Source of the DNA: an uncultured delta proteobacterium
Lineage (GTDB): Bacteria > Myxococcota_A > Polyangia > Polyangiales > Polyangiaceae
Direction: 5' to 3'
Length of the DNA: 64,000 nucleotides
Assembly: GCA_963841435.1 (NCBI GenBank)
Contig: CAWJCS010000006.1
Span: 1,440,001-1,504,000 of the forward strand
Part shown: piece after piece, positions 59,298 through 64,000 of the stretch
Position numbering within the stretch: the first letter of the stretch is position 1
Layout of the letters: every line of letters starts with the position of its first letter
The notes under the pieces: model-generated
Told to the model about the DNA's origin: nothing
Databases searched by the model: none
The model's input: only the letters and a program-made list of their open reading frames with translations
Made by a program: the position numbers and the translations under genes

Positions 59298-60926
59298 TCA
59301 CGGACGTCTCCATGATAGGAGGACATAACCGTCCTCTGCGTACGTCACTGCGTAACCCGCCGCAACGAGCTCCTGCACGCTGGACCACTGCTTGCCGACG
59401 GAGTCGAAAGGAAACTGGACCTGGTGCGCATCGGCGAGGACGTACTGGGGTTTGGCTCCGGGTTGCCACTCGCCTCCAAACCAGCGAAAACCATGAACCT
59501 GCCAGTGCATTAGTCGCGGACTACCCTGTGGGTCGGGCGTCCATATCGTTACCTTCGCCCGGCGGGTCAGGTGCGGCCCCAGGCTATTGGCGGCGGCAAC
59601 GAAGACGCCGGATGGTACCTGTGCCACTGCTCGCTCCGCAGCATGTACTTCCTCGGTCCGCGGGTACCACCAGGACCGGTGGGTCATTGCCCAGCCGGGC
59701 CAGCGCGGCAGCGTGATGATGCTCAAGGCGAGGACACCGACCGCCCAAAGAGTCCGAGACTGGATCGTGCCGAACCGCTTTCCGAGCGACAACATCGGCA
59801 ACGACTTTGCCCCGTCGATCCCGGCACAGAAAAGGATGGGGACGAGGAACGCGTTGTAGTGATAGTGCGTCGTCCAATGCGCCTCGGTGCTCGAGAGGAA
59901 GCGCACTGCGAGGAGGGGGGCCGCGAGTAGCAGGAGGGGGGAGCGGCAGGGGACGAAGGCGAGAGGCGCGAGCAACCACAGCAGCGTGCGCACCTTCTCG
60001 GCGGGCGTCAGCATGTGCTCCAGCGCCGCGAGAGGGTGCTTGATGAGGTAGAACAGGAGCTCGAGGGGGTCCTTCGCGAGGTGCCAGTACGACCAGTCCC
60101 TATGGGGGCTTCCGCCGCTAAGAGGAATGAACCAGGCGGTAATGAGCCACGTCGCAAAAATGCCGCCCACGCCGAGCGCGAGCCCGAGGCGCCGATGCTT
60201 GCGCAGCACGAGCAGAACCCCCAGTGCGGAAATCAAAAGGCCCAAGTCCTCGCGAATCGTGAGCAAGAGAGCGGCTAGCCAAGTCATGTGACGCAACGCT
60301 CCCGCTTGGTAGCGCTCCAGTAGCAGACCGATCAGAGGTGCAGCGAACGCTACCTGATGAAACGGAAACCAGACCGCCTCCTGCATGGGCCACGAAAGCC
60401 CGAACGCCACGGCAAGCACATAGGCCTCGAAGGTCCCCAACCCTCGCCGCGCAAAGAGCCAGATCGGGACGATCGCAGAAGCGAACAGGGCCCCGTGAGC
60501 GATGAGCAAGGTTGCGGGGCCGTCGTGAATCCAGTAAAGGGGCGCCAACGCGACGAGGATCGGCGTGAAGTGGTCCGCCCAATGCAGCGTCCCCGGATCG
60601 TCGGCGGACGACACGCCCAAAATCGGGACGTGAGGCAGCGAGAAATGCGCGTAGGCTCGCAGGGCCTGGTCGTATATACCGAGGTCGTAGAGTGCCGTGC
60701 GGAACCCCATGTGCTCCACCACACCAGCGGCGGCGTACAGTGCGGCGAAGCTCGTCACGATGACGCCGAGCGCCACAGCGTGCGGGGAACGTCGCAGTCG
60801 ATTCCAAACTTTCTTCACAGTGCGTTCGCTGGCGCGCCTCAGCGCGACCAGTCGGCTCGCGATGCTTTCGAGGCGTCCGCTCGTCAGGTGCATATCGGGA
60901 TCAAGGGGCGTTGAATTCACCTGCAT
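59298..60926 (-). CDS. DUF2079-family membrane protein (putative GT-C)
   Basis: DLGIYDQ, DHFTPIL...P.YW, FH, IRED and HYNA motifs, with multiple TM segments. Confidence 0.8.
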   Translation of the reverse strand: MQVNSTPLDPDMHLTSGRLESIASRLVALRRASERTVKKVWNRLRRSPHAVALGVIVTSFAALYAAAGVVEHMGFRTALYDLGIYDQALRAYAHFSLPHVPILGVSSADDPGTLHWADHFTPILVALAPLYWIHDGPATLLIAHGALFASAIVPIWLFARRGLGTFEAYVLAVAFGLSWPMQEAVWFPFHQVAFAAPLIGLLLERYQAGALRHMTWLAALLLTIREDLGLLISALGVLLVLRKHRRLGLALGVGGIFATWLITAWFIPLSGGSPHRDWSYWHLAKDPLELLFYLIKHPLAALEHMLTPAEKVRTLLWLLAPLAFVPCRSPLLLLAAPLLAVRFLSSTEAHWTTHYHYNAFLVPILFCAGIDGAKSLPMLSLGKRFGTIQSRTLWAVGVLALSIITLPRWPGWAMTHRSWWYPRTEEVHAAERAVAQVPSGVFVAAANSLGPHLTRRAKVTIWTPDPQGSPRLMHWQVHGFRWFGGEWQPGAKPQYVLADAHQVQFPFDSVGKQWSSVQELVAAGYAVTYAEDGYVLLSWRRP

Positions 60927-60989
60927 CTAAGCGAGCCGGCCGTCGGACCTTAGCGACCCGGACGCCACGTGCCAAGCGCGGCTTCCGCC

Positions 60990-63351
60990 TCACTTCGTCG
61001 TTCGCAATCGCTTGAACCGGATCTTGCTGACGGTCAGCCTCACGTCGCGGCCCACGTCGAGGCGAAATTGCACATCGTCTCGTTCTTCGTTCAGTGTGAA
61101 GCCCAGGGCGCCGAGCTCGACGGAGGAGCTGCCGCTTTCGCTCAGGGCAACCCGCGTTTCTGCCAGAACGTGGGCGTCGGCGTCTGCGAGCACGGCGATG
61201 CGAGCGCCCTTTTTCGCGTGACCGGAGGCCTGGACCCCACCAAACCAGGAGACTTCGTAGGAACCCGGGGCCAGCGTGACGTGGGGTCCGGTCGTCAGCG
61301 GACCCGCACGCCCCGTCGTCCGAAGACCTCCCCTCACTCGCCTGCCCTTCGCGCAGCTCAAGCTCTTATCGACCGGGGAAACGTCGACCGTGAAGCGCTC
61401 GCCGGCGATGCGCCCGGCGTCCATGCAGAGTCCGATCGACACGAGCTTTTGCGGGCGCTCCGTTCGCGTGGTCTCGAGAAATGTTCCGCGCGCGGTATCC
61501 GAGTAGTCGGGTTTGGTTCCGAGCTCGAAGGGTGTGAAGCCCACCCCCGTATCCCCCTCGAACTCTCCGTGCGCCATGGCGTTCCTCCCAACGTGTCGCA
61601 TGAGGAGCGCGGTCGGTACGTCGTAGACGTAGGTCAACACGGAGGCCAGATGTGGGTGTCCGGTGATCAGGGGAACGGTCGTGTTTCTGCGACCGAGCTC
61701 GCGAACCAGGCGCGCGTATCGGAGCGGGAGCTGGTGCAGCATGCTCTCGAACGCGAAGACGCGCGTGTAGTTGCCGGCGGGCACGGCGTACGCTGCGAAC
61801 AGTCCGAGGGCGAGCACCGAGCGCCAGGCTCTGCCCCTGAGCACGCTCAGCAACCGCTGAGCACCGAGCAGCGCCACCACCAGACAGAACGGGATGACCT
61901 GGGGCACCCAGCGGCGGGCGGCATAGATGTGCACGGGCACGATGGCGGCGGCCGCCGTGAAGACCACGAGCGCAGCGCTGAATGCCGCGAGCAGCGGCAG
62001 CCACGTCGGAAGCTCGCGTTGCTTCGACGCAACCGCGAAGCCGACCAGGCAGAGTGGCCAGACCACGGGCGTCACGTACCAGGTGAGCGTCATCATGCTG
62101 GTCGCGGACTCGTGGCTCGAGATCCGCGGGCGAACGAGCAGACCCCAGGCGAGCCATAGCGTGAGACCCACGAACACCGAAAAGGAGAGCCATCTCAGCG
62201 TGCGCTCCGTCAGCCGAGCACGAGCAATGACTCGCGCCGGCACGAACGGTAGCGCCACGGCGAGCGCGCCCCACAGGGTGCTGCCTGCCATGAGCACACC
62301 GAGGTGCGCCCCTTGCACTAGATCGTGGACGTAGAACGGCGCAGCGCGAGCAACGTCGAGGTGACCCGCCGTGCTGAGCAGCAGGTACCCCGCACCCGCT
62401 GCCGACGCCACGCGCCTGAGCTCGGGCGAGCACACCATGACGACCACCGAGAACGCGAGCGGAGCGAGGCCAATCAAGCCGGCATCGACGCGGTTGAAGG
62501 TTCCGCTACCGAGCACACCGCCGGCGACCAGCCCCCAGACGACCGAGCGCCTTTCCTGGGCCACGAGCAGCGCCAGAAGCCCACCGAAGTTTTGGGCCAG
62601 CGCGAGGGCCTCCGTCAGCGTGATGCGGGCGTTCCACGCGAAGGCGGGATTGAGCCCCAAGGCGACGACGAGCACGCACCCCGCCCCGACCCCGAGCAGG
62701 CGGCGAACGTAGGCGTACCCGAGCGAAAGCCCGAATCGCCGCCACGACGGCGTTGCCACGTACGGCTGCCTCGAGCCCCCCAGCGCTCCAGAAATTCGCG
62801 AGCAGCGCTGGGAACAGGTGCGCAAATTGCGGGCTTAGGCGCGCTGCGTCGTGCGTGTCGCCGTAGTCACTGTAGACGCCGGGGTATCCGAGCTGGATGG
62901 CGTTTCCGTGGAGCGCGAACGCGTCCCTCAGCCACGCTTGGTCGAGGTCGAGCCCGCCCGTTTTGGAGATCCACGCGGCAAACTCGAGGTAGAGGCCCGG
63001 GTCTTGACCGCCGAGCAGGAAGTACGTTGGGTAAGACGCGTGCAGGGCCAAAAGGCCCAGCAGCAGACCGGCCACGAGCCAGACCTCGCGGGCCCCATGC
63101 CGCTCGCCCGGCGGCGCCGCTTCCGGCGAGCGGCGCCACGAGAACGCCCAAAGGAGCGAAAGCGGCCCAGAAACGGCCCACGCGGAGTACACGCCGAGCC
63201 GGCAGGCCACGAGCGACAGCATCGCCAGCGCGAGCACCGCCCCGCCGAATGCTAGTGCGGCGCGCTCCACGGCGCCGAGCCCGCGGAGAGGCCCGCGCCA
63301 CATCCCGAGCGTCGCGATCGCGACCGATGCGATCAGCACCACCGCGGGCAT
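60990..63351 (-). CDS. Multi-TM putative GT-C glycosyltransferase with a C-terminal beta-sandwich, frameshift ~62740
   Basis: GGQDPGLY and PQF.HLFP, then in the other frame NARITLTE, RVD, RRWVP.VIP and C-terminal TGPHVTLAPGSYEV. Confidence 0.7.
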
Positions 63352-63498
63352 CGCTGCGCGGGAGAGTGCCGGAGCGATCCCCGGCCGTCAATTCGCGTCG
63401 TCCCTCGGATTCGCTCCCCTTGCCGGACCCGGCCGTTGCATGGTCGTCTGTGACCCGCTGGGCCGCCAAGTCCTTCGCGAAGGCCAGCGACTGCTCCG

Positions 63499-64000
63499 AT
63501 GCGCCCCCTGACTCGACTCGCGCTCTTCTCGGCGGTCGGGGCCGTCGTCGCCTTTGCGCCTGCGCTCCGCTTCGGTTTCGTCTACGACGACGCGTGGACC
63601 GTCGTCAACAACGCTTGGCTCGATCATCCGCTTTCCGAGCTCGTGCGGCTGCTGGCAAGCGGTGAGGCGCTCAAGCACCACGTGCCAGATGCGACGCGGC
63701 CGGCCATGGTGCTGTCGCTGTGGCTCGATCGGCGGTTGTTCGGGCTGTCGGCGTTCGGACATCACCTAAGCTCGCTGCTTTTGTACGGAGTCGCCGCCTT
63801 TCTCGCGACTGAGCTCGCCTTCCGGCTGAGCGCCCGCAGCGCCGTCGCGGCCGTGGCCGGTGCGTTCTTCGCGCTCGCACCGCTGCATGCCGAGCCCGTC
63901 GCCGCCATCAACTACCGCGAGGACCTGCTGTCGGCGGTGGGGGTGCTCGCCGCGTGGCTCCTGCTCGTCGAGCCGCGAGGCGGGGAGCGCCCGGCGCGGA
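63499..64000 (+). CDS. TMTC/DUF1736-like O-mannosyltransferase, N-terminal part (runs off window)
   Basis: Manual translation: MRPLTRL...FGFVYDDAWTVVNN...RPAMVLS..LD..LFG...GHH...FALAPLHAEPVA.INYREDLL. Not in the ORF track. Confidence 0.78.
   Translation, partial: MRPLTRLALFSAVGAVVAFAPALRFGFVYDDAWTVVNNAWLDHPLSELVRLLASGEALKHHVPDATRPAMVLSLWLDRRLFGLSAFGHHLSSLLLYGVAAFLATELAFRLSARSAVAAVAGAFFALAPLHAEPVAAINYREDLLSAVGVLAAWLLLVEPRGGERPAR

Overview
This is a GC-rich bacterial chromosomal segment. Its gene content (DUF1592/DUF1552 pair, Gly-rich lipoproteins, Cys-rich lipoprotein, sigma54 regulator) suggests Myxococcota/Polyangiaceae, which is an inference. Positions 1-48 kb are mostly core genome: a partial uvrD-like gene, a sulfur-carrier cysteine operon (Rrf2, cysK, moeB-like E1, CysO/MoaD, mini-ThiF, cysM, JAB peptidase), acyl-CoA ligase, miaB, gamma-CA, thiS, VanW plus L,D-transpeptidase, argC, hisS, yqgF-mltG-tkt, accD-folC-glmM, dut, an NtrC-type regulator, bamD, greA, yfgM/bamB-like genes and an rlmI-like gene. 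A 28-bp XerC/XerD dif-type site lies at 48597-48624. Beyond it are pyrE and a >14 kb island of GT-C-type membrane glycosyltransferases with a polyprenol-P-sugar synthase. There are four main observations. (1) The MoeB/E1 lacks the N-terminal RYxRQ arginine-finger segment, while a 93-aa gene in the same operon encodes that segment without a P-loop, so this may be a split or heterodimeric bacterial E1. (2) A lipoprotein has 28 core cysteines in a mirror-symmetric pattern. (3) The dif-adjacent glycosylation island includes TMTC-like and Alg9/PigB-like enzymes and a Gly/Thr-only lipoprotein. (4) Many single-base frameshifts occur, including in miaB and pyrE, and are probably consensus errors. No tRNA, rRNA, CRISPR array or transposase was seen. 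All family assignments come from motif recognition by eye, not database searches.
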